A stretch of 62,433 nucleotides of DNA, filler included, from Clostridia bacterium (GCA_030637025.1; 4 parts of 4 records of this genome joined end to end with filler, not necessarily neighbours in it), one strand, 5' to 3'; positions 28,470 through 38,903 are shown, counted from the first letter of the whole stretch. Made by a program: numbers and translations. Notes: a model not told the origin generated them from the letters alone.

Positions 28470-28917
28470 TGAAATTAGCAAAGAATTAAAAGAAGAAGTG
28501 GAAAAGCATTTGACTATTTGTGAGGACTGTTGGCAGCTGAAACAGGATTTGCAGGGGATTAGTGGTGATTTATTTGAAAAAGTAAAGCAAATTAAGGTGA
28601 CGGATTTAGTTTGGGTCAGGATAAAAGAGTCTGTAACTAAAAAAAGAAAGCAATTGAATAGTGTGTTGGGTAATTTGATGAATTATTTACGCCCTGATTT
28701 TTTTATTAAAAAACCGGTTTTTTCTACGGTTTTAATGGGAACGATTATTTTTTTAGCGGTAATTTTTACAAAGATATCATCTAATAATCAGAAAGTGGTG
28801 AATGCCTATTTAAAAGAACAAGTAGATTTTTTTGTTTATTTAGACACAAGAGAAGAAGACTTTTTAACTGCGGATTCTATGGAGTTTGGTACCAGTATAG
28901 AAAAATATTTTTTTTGA
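28420..28917 (+). CDS. zf-HC2 anti-sigma factor
   Basis: HLTICEDC (HxxxCxxC) motif and one TM; overlaps the sigma gene. Confidence 0.85.
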   Translation: MNCREIKQLLMTDYMDSEISKELKEEVEKHLTICEDCWQLKQDLQGISGDLFEKVKQIKVTDLVWVRIKESVTKKRKQLNSVLGNLMNYLRPDFFIKKPVFSTVLMGTIIFLAVIFTKISSNNQKVVNAYLKEQVDFFVYLDTREEDFLTADSMEFGTSIEKYFF

Positions 28918-28922
28918 AGGAA

Positions 28923-29022
28923 NNNNNNNNNNNNNNNNNNNNNNNNNNNNNNNNNNNNNNNNNNNNTTAATTAATTAANNNNNNNNNNNNNNNNNNNNNN
29001 NNNNNNNNNNNNNNNNNNNNNN
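28923..29022. other. Artificial contig spacer
   Basis: N run, TTAATTAATTAA, N run. Confidence 0.97.
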
Positions 29023-29143
29023 ACTTATTAAAATCAATTTCTTTTTCAATGAAATCACACTCGCCAATTGTGCCCTCTGTAAAGCTTTCATTATCATACT
29101 TTTTACCATAGTCTTCAAATAAAGATTCGTACCATTGTTTCAT
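29023..29143 (-). CDS. Probable class I SAM methyltransferase, 3'-partial
   Basis: MKQWYESLFEDYGKKYDNESFTEGTIGECDFIEKE.. N-terminus with RBS aaggag; cut by the contig end. Confidence 0.6.
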
Positions 29144-29174
29144 GTTTATTTCTCCTTATCTTGCCCGCTCTTTC

Positions 29175-29283
29175 GCACAACATTCCGCGTATATATGGCA
29201 TTTTCACCTTAACACAGCGAAGGTGAAAATGTAACGAAGCCCGAAGCAACCAATAGGCCCGAGGCGTATACACGCTGTTAGAT
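29175..29283 (-). other. attC site
   Basis: Minus strand ATCTAAC-agcgtgtatacg...tatatacgcggaat-GTTGTGC with internal hairpin cattttcacctt/aaggtgaaaatg. Confidence 0.8.
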
Positions 29284-29301
29284 GAAACCACACATCATTC
29301 C

Positions 29302-29829
29302 TTATTTTACTGAACGAACATATTTCAACAACTCTTTTATATTTTCTTTCTTAGTAAAGTCTACTGGTTTTGAGTATGCCGCTAACATACCTTTTTCATC
29401 TGATGTTTTATCTCGCTTTAATTTTATTATCCACTTAAATAAAGTCATTAATATTTTATTTATAAAGTTCAATTTATTAAAATCAAAACCTCCACGAAAA
29501 TAATAAAATTGTATCTGTTTTTGTTCTTCTACTGAAAAATTACTATTCCTTATTTCAGATATTGTACTTTCTTTTGGTGACGATGCTCCGGTTGTGAAGA
29601 TAATAATATTCTTATCTCTTAATTTATTGAGGTTGTTTTTTATAATATTTATTCCACTTATTCCAACAGCATGTAAGCTTCCGCCATATATGATATTATC
29701 ATATTTAAGTAATATTTTAATATCTATTTTTTTTACCCCTAATAAATCAGCTTCTAATTCTTGTGCAATCCATTCAGCATATTTTTTAGTAAAACCTGAT
29801 ATTGATTTATAGACAACAACTGTTTTCAT
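29302..29829 (-). CDS. Flavodoxin-like (HemG/Flavodoxin_5) protein
   Basis: VVYKSISGFTKKYAEWIA, IIYGGSL, YFRGGFD motifs. Confidence 0.87.
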   Translation of the reverse strand: MKTVVVYKSISGFTKKYAEWIAQELEADLLGVKKIDIKILLKYDNIIYGGSLHAVGISGINIIKNNLNKLRDKNIIIFTTGASSPKESTISEIRNSNFSVEEQKQIQFYYFRGGFDFNKLNFINKILMTLFKWIIKLKRDKTSDEKGMLAAYSKPVDFTKKENIKELLKYVRSVK

Positions 29830-29997
29830 CGTTTCTCCCTCTATTAATCATAATCAGAAAAACAACAGTAAAATATCCCAGACATAGCCAAAGTTGAATT
29901 ATATTTTTTCTATCTATATATTTTCATTAAGCCATTTAAAATTTTATCTGTGTAGCCGAATATCCCGTGTTATCGGGTGTAATTCAAAAACTAATTA

Positions 29998-30297
29998 CTA
30001 GGTCATGTAAATTAAAGTAGGTGCATCAATTTGCATTGCGATAATAAATAATATTATCGATAAAAATAAGACTACTGCTGTAATCCACAATTTTTTCCAA
30101 TTCTTTTTTATCAAATACAATACTACAGAAAAGGCACCAATTAATATTAAAATTATAGTTGCCGCTACCAATAACATCTCTATTGGAATATAAATACTTT
30201 TCGTATATATATCTAAATCTATTTGCTTACTATGAAGAACTGCAACTATCAATAATATTGTTGCTGTTGATAATGTAATTATATTTCTCATTTTCAT
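29998..30297 (-). CDS. Hypothetical membrane protein (cassette)
   Basis: Three TMs; flanked by matching GTTATCGG core and inverse core. Confidence 0.6.
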   Translation of the reverse strand: MKMRNIITLSTATILLIVAVLHSKQIDLDIYTKSIYIPIEMLLVAATIILILIGAFSVVLYLIKKNWKKLWITAVVLFLSIILFIIAMQIDAPTLIYMT

Positions 30298-30330
30298 AAT
30301 TAATGTAAAAATTCCTTTTTAAATTATTTC

Positions 30331-30390
30331 CGATAACGTTTCCAGCATGCGCCCGAAGAATTAGCCCGCAGCGAATATGCTCTGTTAGTC
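30331..30390 (-). other. attC site
   Basis: Minus strand GACTAAC-agagcatattcg..gggc..cgggcgcatgctggaaac-GTTATCG. Confidence 0.75.
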
Positions 30391-30415
30391 GATACTGCCG
30401 GGATAACAGATAATA

Positions 30416-30850
30416 TTACAGACTCTTTAGAAAATACCAAGCTCCCACTCCTGCCAAAATGAACACCATGCCGGTTACCTTTACAATCTTAACTGCAATC
30501 TTTGGTGCGGGATGGACTATATTTATCGTAGAGGGGAAAAGGATAAGATTCAAACCTATCATTACTCCCATGAAAATAGAGCCTAACGCGCCTTTATCCT
30601 GTTGAATCCGCACAAATAAAAGGACTTCACCAATTACAACAGCAATTATATACCAGGCAATGGAAAGTTTAAGATATTTATGGATGTAACCGACAAAACC
30701 TTCAAGTTGTCGTTCACAACCATCATTACAAATAAATCCATGGGCTTTTTGTCTTCGATATTCCACGATATGTGGCTTCATATTTTCCTTTTTGCTCCCG
30801 CACCAAAGACACTTATCAACGATTATTTCTATAGTGTGTTTTTTACCCAT
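30416..30850 (-). CDS. Hypothetical membrane protein with N-terminal Cys cluster (cassette)
   Basis: CxxC...CxxxC followed by three TMs. Confidence 0.65.
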   Translation of the reverse strand: MGKKHTIEIIVDKCLWCGSKKENMKPHIVEYRRQKAHGFICNDGCERQLEGFVGYIHKYLKLSIAWYIIAVVIGEVLLFVRIQQDKGALGSIFMGVMIGLNLILFPSTINIVHPAPKIAVKIVKVTGMVFILAGVGAWYFLKSL

Positions 30851-30938
30851 AATTTTTCCCTCCCGGCTTTTCGCCTAACGGTTCGCGAATAAATAGTGTG
30901 ATAGATTTGAAGGACAGGTTTAGGCACATGGTATCCAT

Positions 30939-31196
30939 TTATAAAACGCCCACCAATGTTTTTCTAATGCCAAATATTATGGCTATTATTCCCATAAAAA
31001 TACATAGCAAACTAAGTATAATATACATATATTTCGGATTGACAAGAGCGTTTCCCTTGTTTTTTTTATAGAAATTCCTATAAAACCTGCCAAACCAATT
31101 ATCTTCATCTCTATCTAAATACATTTTACCCAGTACTATCCCCATTATAATTACCCATGATCCCCAAAATATTCTGATATAGATATTAATTATCAT
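30939..31196 (-). CDS. Hypothetical small membrane protein
   Basis: Two TMs; followed by a partial attC ending GTTAGGC. Confidence 0.5.
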   Translation of the reverse strand: MIINIYIRIFWGSWVIIMGIVLGKMYLDRDEDNWFGRFYRNFYKKNKGNALVNPKYMYIILSLLCIFMGIIAIIFGIRKTLVGVL

Positions 31197-31329
31197 TTTC
31201 TCTAATAATTACTAACTAATTTTTTTGTTTTTTTATGTTATAGTATTAAATTTATTATTTTCTTGAGGATTAAATTCAGCGGATGGAATTGAAATAGTTG
31301 ATACATCTCTTTCCTGATTTCTATTTAAA

Positions 31330-31406
31330 TGGTCGGGGCGACTGGACTCGAACCAGCGGCCCCTAGACCCCCAGTCTAGTGCGCTAGCCAACTGCGCCAC
31401 GCCCCG
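31330..31406 (-). tRNA. tRNA-Pro(GGG)
   Basis: CGGGGCG acceptor stem, CTAGA-CTGGGGG-TCTAG anticodon arm, GTTCGA T-loop, encoded CCA. Confidence 0.96.
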
Positions 31407-31516
31407 ACATTTAAAATATACAAAATTATATCAATAATAGCAAGTTTTAATAAGAATCGCAAAAATCATACCAAAATATGATTATCCTTCATCTTTACAA
31501 AACTCAATCAATTTTT

Positions 31517-31873
31517 TTATTTTCTATCTATTATTTTAACTATTTCTTTTAAAGCTATTTTTGTTTCTCTTAACATATTTATTGCCGCACTATTTTTTTC
31601 CAGATCCATTTCTATTTGTTTGTTTTTATTTCTTGCATCCTCCAGCATTTTCTTTTTGGCTCCGGCAATACTGTACTTTTGTTCGGATAGTAGTTTTTTT
31701 ATGTGAAGAATAGTTTCTATATCTTTTTTTACATACTTTCTCTGTCCGCTATGCCTCCTTGCCGGCCGCAACAATTTAAACTCGGATTCCCAATAGCGTA
31801 AAACATAAGGCTGTACATTAGTAATCTTACTTACTTCTCCAATAGAAAAATATGTCTTATCCGGTATTTTCAT
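31517..31873 (-). CDS. MerR family transcriptional regulator
   Basis: YFSIGEVS...PYVLRYWESEF..L.P....GQR.Y; typical HU/IHF-merR-tRNA-Pro locus. Confidence 0.92.
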   Translation of the reverse strand: MKIPDKTYFSIGEVSKITNVQPYVLRYWESEFKLLRPARRHSGQRKYVKKDIETILHIKKLLSEQKYSIAGAKKKMLEDARNKNKQIEMDLEKNSAAINMLRETKIALKEIVKIIDRK

Positions 31874-31898
31874 AAAATAATACCCCCTTTACTTCTTT

Positions 31899-32162
31899 TT
31901 ACTTTTCCAGAATTTCTTCTGCCGCTTTGAATTTAACTATTTTTTTAGTAGGAATCTGAACCATTTCGCCAGTTTTAGGATTTCTTCCTACCCTGGCCAT
32001 ACGCACTTTTATTGAAAAAGTTCCCAATCCACTTAAGGTAATCCTTTCTTCCCTTCTCAAACTTGCTTTAATACTATCTATCACAGCAGTCACTGCATCC
32101 TGAGCTTCTTTTTTAGTACAGGTAACTTTTGCTACCAATTCGACTAAATCTTTTTTATTCAT
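31899..32162 (-). CDS. hup: HU family DNA-binding protein
   Basis: MNKKDLV, GLGTF, R.AR.GRNPKTGE, KFK motifs. Confidence 0.92.
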   Translation of the reverse strand: MNKKDLVELVAKVTCTKKEAQDAVTAVIDSIKASLRREERITLSGLGTFSIKVRMARVGRNPKTGEMVQIPTKKIVKFKAAEEILEK

Positions 32163-32196
32163 TGTTTATTCTCCTCCTTTTAAATCAGTAGTATTT

Positions 32197-34998
32197 TTAA
32201 AAAATAGGATTTAAAGTAACAAAAAACTTTATCGCTTCTTTTTCTCTGTCTGTTCTTATTGCATAATTTAATTCAAAAAACAAAGGAAAGGTCTGAAGAA
32301 TAAAAGTATTAAGTTTTAACCCTATTCCTACACTATTCTTTAAATCTTCCAACCGGGTCGTTTTAAGTGTTTCATCTTTATCCCAATTTATCCCTGTATC
32401 AGTAAATATAAACATCTGCAGACTTTTAAAATAAAAGTCAGGAAACATAAACCACATATAATAATTTATTTTAGAAAAAAGATAAAACTGCCCTTCAGCA
32501 CTTACCACCATCATTTTACTGTTCTCATATTCATTACGGGAACACCCTCTCACCGGCAAAGAAAAAAGTGTTTTATCTTTTCCTTCACTACTCAAGCCTA
32601 AAAAACGAAAAGCCACAACTTTATCTTTCATTACGGTAAAAAATCTCTGGGAATCTAATATATATTCATCATAGTCATAAGTACCGCCTAAAACCTCCCT
32701 TGCCTGATAAGCGGAAATTTTTGTCCGCCCACCGCTCATTACATCGATAAATTTCCACTTAGTAGTATCTCTAACTAAGGACGCACTTACCCCATTTTCC
32801 ATATAATCATTAATTTCATCATCTTTAGTACGATTTCTTTCCTGCTTAGCCACAGTCATCACACCTAATTCAATACGGTTAAAGCGATTAAACGGATAAC
32901 TAACTACTACCTTTTCTGAATGTTTCATCCGGCGAACATGACATTCTCCTTCGGTTAAATCATCGTAATAATAATAGTCATTTCTTCCATTAAAATAAAA
33001 ATAAAACTGGGGACGCCATTTCTTATAAGCATACCCAATCTGATAAAATAACCAGTTATCATAATCAGAATAATCAACCCCCACCGACAACTGATGATTT
33101 CCCATCATATCACTGGTTTGCCAATAAGCAGCAGTATACAATCCTCCCGGAATAGCAAAAAACAAAAGAGGATAAAACAAATCTGTGGACATATCTAAAC
33201 GATACGGACGCTGAGCAATAATAGGCGAAGATGTCTTTTCCCGGTAATGAGAAAAAATTTCCTCTTTTTTTTCCAACAAAGGATACTCAACTATTTGTGC
33301 GGAAAAGGAAAGAGGAGCGGCTTCTCCCATATAAATATTCATTTCGCCTTTGCAATAAGAAGTAAATAATATTCTTTTACCATCAGAAGAAAATTGCGGA
33401 GTAAAGTTTCCACCTATTACATCCGTAAGTTTTATTACAATATTAGTGTTTAAGTTAAGAACATATAAATTATATATACCATCCTTATCCGAAGAAAAAA
33501 TAATACTTTTGCCATCCGGTGACCAGGAAGCATCTTTTTCCTCAAAGGTAGTATCCATTATCGGAGTTATTTTTAAATTAGAAAGCTCCAGTAAATAAAG
33601 GTCTTTATTCCTTTCTTTTTCTGAAACATACAATATTCTTTTTCCGTCAGGAGAAAACACAGGATAATCATCGCATCCTACGTCACTATTTAACTGAATA
33701 AGATTTTCACCATTACTATCAACCAAATATAAGTCTCTTATTCCTTTTTTCATTCCGGTAAAGACAATTTTTTTTCCGTCAGGAGAAAAACAGGGAGAAG
33801 AGATACTATCAAAATTTTTTATCTTTAGTTTTTTTATTTTATTTCTTTTTATATCCAGTAAAAAAATATAATCTTTTTCATTTTTTTTTGCTACAAAAGC
33901 AATTTTTTTTCCGTCGGGAGAAAAAGAAATCGCATGACCGTCTGCCTTTAAATAATCTATGTTTCTTCCTATCTTTTTTTTCAAAAGAGATATTTGATTA
34001 AAATCATCCGTGGACATAATAAATAAATCATTGTATCCCGCCCTATCAGAAATAAAGGCAATATTCCTTCCATCTTCAGACCATACGGCATTAGTATTGA
34101 ATTCATTATGTACTGTTAGCTTTTTACCGTAAAAGGCAGGTTTTTCTTTACCCTTTATTTCTCCTGAATATTTTTCTTTTAAATACTTACGCCATTTTCG
34201 GTCAAAGTTCTGAAAATTTACTCCTATTACTTTTAGAAAGACAGTATTTAAATCAAATTTATCTCTAAACTCCTTAATGAGTAAAGGGATTTTATCTACA
34301 CCATATTCCTGCGCTAAAAATTTTAAAGCATATTCTCCTTCTTTGTAAGCTAATTTAACTTGATGTCCTTCCAGGTGACCAAAATTATGTAGATGAGATA
34401 AAGGAATGAGCAAATCATAAACAGCGGCGTCTCTTATAATCATTTCTTCTAAAGCCTTATTATCTAAATCCGCTGATACATATTCGGCCAATCCTTCTAT
34501 TAACCACAAAGGATAAAAAAAAGATTTAACCAGCCTTACCGACCTCCATCCGGTATAAAGAATATGAAAAGTAACAATATGGACAAACTCATGGGTAATT
34601 ACTTTTTCCAGCCACTGTTCAGACCCGGTCAAAGGTAAAACAAAACGATTTTTAAATGCTTCAGCAAAACCTCCTGTTCCTTCACCGACATTAGCAATAT
34701 TGTTCTGTAAAAAATGATTTTGAGTTGCATAAAGAAAAAACGGCGTCTTTTGGGTAGGTAAATATTCTAATGCTTTAGTTACTTTTTCATAAGCATTTTC
34801 CAACATCTTCCCTGTTTTATCCAGATACTCCTCTGTATCCGGATAATAATAAATTTCAAAGTGTTCGGTTTCAGCAATAAACCATTTTTTATTCCCTATA
34901 GTGACTACTCTGTTTTTACCAAAAGCATTTACTTCATCTTTTAAATTATTTGCTAACAAAAAAAAGACCAGTATTATATACAAAAAACTTTTTTTCAA
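32197..34998 (-). CDS. Peptidase MA-like domain plus PD40/TolB propeller plus Omp85-like beta-barrel outer membrane protein
   Basis: HEFVH...PLWLIEGLAEY, repeated FSPDGK.I, C-terminal beta strands ending in F. Confidence 0.8.
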   Translation of the reverse strand: MKKSFLYIILVFFLLANNLKDEVNAFGKNRVVTIGNKKWFIAETEHFEIYYYPDTEEYLDKTGKMLENAYEKVTKALEYLPTQKTPFFLYATQNHFLQNNIANVGEGTGGFAEAFKNRFVLPLTGSEQWLEKVITHEFVHIVTFHILYTGWRSVRLVKSFFYPLWLIEGLAEYVSADLDNKALEEMIIRDAAVYDLLIPLSHLHNFGHLEGHQVKLAYKEGEYALKFLAQEYGVDKIPLLIKEFRDKFDLNTVFLKVIGVNFQNFDRKWRKYLKEKYSGEIKGKEKPAFYGKKLTVHNEFNTNAVWSEDGRNIAFISDRAGYNDLFIMSTDDFNQISLLKKKIGRNIDYLKADGHAISFSPDGKKIAFVAKKNEKDYIFLLDIKRNKIKKLKIKNFDSISSPCFSPDGKKIVFTGMKKGIRDLYLVDSNGENLIQLNSDVGCDDYPVFSPDGKRILYVSEKERNKDLYLLELSNLKITPIMDTTFEEKDASWSPDGKSIIFSSDKDGIYNLYVLNLNTNIVIKLTDVIGGNFTPQFSSDGKRILFTSYCKGEMNIYMGEAAPLSFSAQIVEYPLLEKKEEIFSHYREKTSSPIIAQRPYRLDMSTDLFYPLLFFAIPGGLYTAAYWQTSDMMGNHQLSVGVDYSDYDNWLFYQIGYAYKKWRPQFYFYFNGRNDYYYYDDLTEGECHVRRMKHSEKVVVSYPFNRFNRIELGVMTVAKQERNRTKDDEINDYMENGVSASLVRDTTKWKFIDVMSGGRTKISAYQAREVLGGTYDYDEYILDSQRFFTVMKDKVVAFRFLGLSSEGKDKTLFSLPVRGCSRNEYENSKMMVVSAEGQFYLFSKINYYMWFMFPDFYFKSLQMFIFTDTGINWDKDETLKTTRLEDLKNSVGIGLKLNTFILQTFPLFFELNYAIRTDREKEAIKFFVTLNPIF

Positions 34999-35033
34999 TT
35001 ATTCTTCTCCACAAATTTTTACTCAGCAGCTTT

Positions 35034-36716
35034 TCAGTCTCCTTTAAAATCTTTTTTAAACTTATTTAATTTATCTCCTAAAATATCTCCTAAATTCATT
35101 TTAAAAGAAGGTAATTGCATGTGTTTGTGCATTTCTTCTTTTTCCAATTCTTTTATCGATAAATTAATTTTTCCTTCCTCATAATCAATCCCGATTATTT
35201 TAGCAACAATTTCATCGCCCACTTTCAACGATTCCTCTGATTTATTCATATACTGATTGGAAATCTGAGAAGAGCGTAATATTCCTTCTATTCCTTCTTC
35301 AATTTTTACAAAATAACCAAAATCGAATGCTTTAATTATTTGTCCTGTCACCTTATTTCCTTTTTTATAATTCAGATATGGATTTTTTCCTGCTTGTTTT
35401 AAACCTAAAGAAATTTTTTCCTCTTCTACATTAATATCTAATACCGTTACTTCCACTAAATCATTTTTATGTAAAATTTCTTCAGGATGTTTTACTTTTT
35501 TTGTCCAGGACATATTTCTAAGATGAACCACCCCTTCTATCCCCTCTTCTAATTTTACAAAAGCCCCAAAAGAAGTAAGCGTACTTACCTTTGCACTAAG
35601 CTTCATCCCTACAGAATATTTTTCTTTTATCCTTTCCCATGGATTAGGGCCAATTTGTTTTATTCCCAATGATATTTTTTTATTATCTTTATCAATATTC
35701 AAAACCCGGGCTTTTACTAATGCCCCCCTGGAAACCACTTCAGAGGGATGCTTTATTCTTTTCGTCCAGGAAATTTCAGAAATATGAACCAAACCCTCTA
35801 CACCTTTTTCTATTTCTACAAAAAAACCAAACTTAGTAATATTCCTGACCCTCCCACTAACTAACGATTCTATGGGATATTTGCTTTCAATATTTTCCCA
35901 TGGATGAGGGGTTAATTGTTTCAAGCCTAAAGATATTTTTTGAGTATCCGGATTAAAAGAAATAATTTTTACTTTTATTTCTTCCCCTTCTTTTAAGAAT
36001 TCTCCTACTTTATCCACTCTCCCCCAGGAAATATCATTCTTATGCAACAACCCATCTACGCCCCCAATATCTACAAACGCTCCAAAATCAGTAATTCTTT
36101 TTACTACTCCACAACAAACCTCTCCTTCTTTTAAAGAAGCAACTCTCTTATTTTTATTTTCTTCTCTTTCTTTCTCCAATATTATTCTGGAAGACACCAC
36201 GATATTGTTTTCTTCTGAAGAAAACCTGGTAATTTTCACTTTAAGTTTTTGTCCGACAAACTGGTCTAAATTTTCCGAAAATTTCAAAGAAACCTGTGAG
36301 TGAGGCAGAAAAGCATCCTTGCCTATATTTATACACAGCCCTCCTTTCACTTTGCCTTTTACTTTTCCCTCTACAGGTTCTCCGTTCTGATAAGCACTCT
36401 TTAATTTTTCTACCATTTTTATATTACAAGCTTGTTCATAAGATAACACCGGACAACCCGTCTTTCCCTCTATTTTTTTTAAATAAACCTCTATCTTTTT
36501 CCCTGCTTTTATTTCGATATTTTCGTCATTTTGGCCGAATTCAATTAAAGGAATAACCCCTTCGGATTTTAATCCTACATCAACAAAAACATTTTCAGAA
36601 TCAATTTTTATTATCTCTCCCCAAATAATTTCTCTTTCTTTCAAACTATTCTTTGGCTCGGAAGACAAAACTTCTTCCATTGAAATTTCCTGGTTTTCTA
36701 AAATATCTTCTCCCAT
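35034..36716 (-). CDS. rpsA: 30S ribosomal protein S1
   Basis: Six S1 repeats (FGAFV....GLLH..ISW). Confidence 0.95.
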   Translation of the reverse strand: MGEDILENQEISMEEVLSSEPKNSLKEREIIWGEIIKIDSENVFVDVGLKSEGVIPLIEFGQNDENIEIKAGKKIEVYLKKIEGKTGCPVLSYEQACNIKMVEKLKSAYQNGEPVEGKVKGKVKGGLCINIGKDAFLPHSQVSLKFSENLDQFVGQKLKVKITRFSSEENNIVVSSRIILEKEREENKNKRVASLKEGEVCCGVVKRITDFGAFVDIGGVDGLLHKNDISWGRVDKVGEFLKEGEEIKVKIISFNPDTQKISLGLKQLTPHPWENIESKYPIESLVSGRVRNITKFGFFVEIEKGVEGLVHISEISWTKRIKHPSEVVSRGALVKARVLNIDKDNKKISLGIKQIGPNPWERIKEKYSVGMKLSAKVSTLTSFGAFVKLEEGIEGVVHLRNMSWTKKVKHPEEILHKNDLVEVTVLDINVEEEKISLGLKQAGKNPYLNYKKGNKVTGQIIKAFDFGYFVKIEEGIEGILRSSQISNQYMNKSEESLKVGDEIVAKIIGIDYEEGKINLSIKELEKEEMHKHMQLPSFKMNLGDILGDKLNKFKKDFKGD

Positions 36717-37570
36717 TATAGTTTTAGCCTCCTTAATTTTTTAACTACTTTTTCTATTATCCACTGAGGAGTAGAAGTCCCCGTGCTTATTCCTATTTTT
36801 TGAACATTTTCAAACCAACTTTTTACTAAATCCTTTTCTGTTTCAATATGATAGGTTTTTTCCTGAATTTCCTTACATATTTTCACTAAACGATTGGTAT
36901 TAGCACTATTATATCCACCTATAATCAACATTGAATCTACTTTTTTTGCTATTTTTTTTGCTTCCTTTTGGCGATTTTGTGTAGCTTCACAAATAGTATT
37001 GTATATTTTTATCTCTTTTGCCTGCTGCAAGAGAGCAACTATAATTACTTTAAAGTTCTCCCGTAACTGAGTAGTCTGGCTAATTACCCCTATTCTCCTC
37101 CAGGAAAAAACGTCCTTTAGTTGATCTATCCTTTGAACAATTTTTACCTGGGTATTAGCATAACTCAACAATCCTTTTACTTCCGGATGATTTTCCTCGC
37201 CTACAATTATTATTTTATATTTTTCCTTACTTAACCGTTTAATCAAATTTTGAGCATTTTTCACAAACGGACAAGTAGCATCAACAACCTCTACTCCTTT
37301 TTCTTTTGCTTCTTTGAAAAAAGATAAATCTGCACCATGGGAACGAACAACAACTCTCCCTTTTTCTAATTTACTTAAATCGCAAATTATACTAACACCT
37401 TGCTTTTCTAATTTACTTACTACCTGGGGATTATGAATAATCGGCCCTAGCGTATATAAAGACTTTTTACCTGCCATTGCTTTTTCTACTAAATTTATTG
37501 CTCTTCTTACTCCAAAACAAAAACCGGCATTTTTTGCTATGATAATTTCCACTTTTTTCCCGCTTTCCAA
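36716..37570 (-). CDS. ispH: 4-hydroxy-3-methylbut-2-enyl diphosphate reductase
   Basis: AGFCFGV.RA, IIHNPQV, DATCPFV, HPEV, QTT, TICEAT, NSANT. Confidence 0.96.
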   Translation of the reverse strand: MESGKKVEIIIAKNAGFCFGVRRAINLVEKAMAGKKSLYTLGPIIHNPQVVSKLEKQGVSIICDLSKLEKGRVVVRSHGADLSFFKEAKEKGVEVVDATCPFVKNAQNLIKRLSKEKYKIIIVGEENHPEVKGLLSYANTQVKIVQRIDQLKDVFSWRRIGVISQTTQLRENFKVIIVALLQQAKEIKIYNTICEATQNRQKEAKKIAKKVDSMLIIGGYNSANTNRLVKICKEIQEKTYHIETEKDLVKSWFENVQKIGISTGTSTPQWIIEKVVKKLRRLKL

Positions 37571-38149
37571 TCAATTCTCTTTTAATTTTTTTATCTGTTT
37601 TATAATATCATTACTTATTGTTTCATAAGATTGTTTGTTTTCCGGAAAATCATTGTAATATAACAATTTTCCAAACTTTATTTTTATTGATTTAAAATAA
37701 AAAAAATTATGACCATATTCAATTAATACCGGCAAAACCGGAGCTTTTGCTTTAACTACCAATAAACCTATACCCCTCTTTGCTTTACCTATATTTCCAT
37801 CCCGGCTGCGTGTTCCTTCCGGAAAAACAACAACTCCCTCACCTCTATTTAAATATTCAATTACTTTTTTTAAAGAACTACCTCCGGCCCCCCCTCTTTT
37901 TATGGGAATAACATTAATTGCTTTTAACATTTCTCCAAAAATTGATATACGAAAAAGTTCCTTTTTAGCTAAACTATAAATCTCTCTTCTTACCACTACA
38001 CCCATACAAGGAGGATCTAAATAACTTACATGATTAGGCGCAATAATTACTTTCCCTTTTTGAGGAAGGTTTCCTCTTCCACAAGTTTTTAAACCTAAAA
38101 TACCTCTGACTAATACCCATAAAATATTATATCCTACAAAATAAATCAT
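37571..38149 (-). CDS. plsC: 1-acyl-sn-glycerol-3-phosphate acyltransferase
   Basis: NHVSYLDP and FPEGTRS motifs. Confidence 0.92.
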   Translation of the reverse strand: MIYFVGYNILWVLVRGILGLKTCGRGNLPQKGKVIIAPNHVSYLDPPCMGVVVRREIYSLAKKELFRISIFGEMLKAINVIPIKRGGAGGSSLKKVIEYLNRGEGVVVFPEGTRSRDGNIGKAKRGIGLLVVKAKAPVLPVLIEYGHNFFYFKSIKIKFGKLLYYNDFPENKQSYETISNDIIKQIKKLKEN

Positions 38150-38199
38150 TTATTTGTATCCAAAATTAAATTGTTTTGCTTATTCTTTTGAAATTTTTA

Positions 38200-38862
38200 T
38201 CAATTTTTAAGTTTACCCAGGATAGATTCAACCACTTCTTCCACACTTAAATTGGTAGTATCAATTAAAACAGCATCAGCAGCAATTTTTAGGGGATTTA
38301 AACTCCTTGTTTTATCTTTTTCATCTCTGAGTCTAATTGCTTCTTTTATTTCTTTTAGTTCTACATTCTTATCCTGTTGTATCAAATCTTTATATCTTCT
38401 TTTCGACCGTTCGTCCAAAGAAGCATCAAGATAAAACTTCTTTTCTGCCTGAGGAAAAACTACTGTTCCTACATCCCGACCTTCCATAATAATTCCCCGT
38501 TCAATACCTGCTCTCCTCTGCAGTCTCAATAAATATTCTCTTATTTTCCTGATTCTGGAAATTTCATTACTTTTTTTAGTAATCTGTTGTGTTCTAATTA
38601 TAGAAGTCACTTCCCGTCCATCTACAAAAACATGAAAAACATTTTCTTGCGGTTGCCAGGTAATCTCGGTATTATCTATTAAGTCTTGTAATTCTTCATC
38701 ATTTTCTACATTAATCTTACTTTCTAATATCTTCCAGGCAATCGCCCGGTACATTGCTCCTGTATCTATGTATTTATAATCTAACAAGTGAGCAATCCTT
38801 TTAGCTATTTCACTCTTACCCGCCCCGGCAGGTCCATCTATAGTAATAATTATTTTATCCAT
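38200..38862 (-). CDS. cmk: Cytidylate kinase
   Basis: IDGPAGAGKS, DTGAMYRA, EGRDVGTVVFP. Confidence 0.96.
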   Translation of the reverse strand: MDKIIITIDGPAGAGKSEIAKRIAHLLDYKYIDTGAMYRAIAWKILESKINVENDEELQDLIDNTEITWQPQENVFHVFVDGREVTSIIRTQQITKKSNEISRIRKIREYLLRLQRRAGIERGIIMEGRDVGTVVFPQAEKKFYLDASLDERSKRRYKDLIQQDKNVELKEIKEAIRLRDEKDKTRSLNPLKIAADAVLIDTTNLSVEEVVESILGKLKN

Positions 38863-38903
38863 TTTTATTTAATTTATTTACCCTTCAATTAGCTCAAAAC
38901 ACC

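Larger units (their letters stand above)
29023..31196 (-). mobile_element. Second integrase-less cassette array, beside tRNA-Pro
   Basis: Five co-oriented short ORFs with attC-like sites at 29175-29283, ~29950-29975 (partial), 30331-30390 and 30873-30925. Confidence 0.75.
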
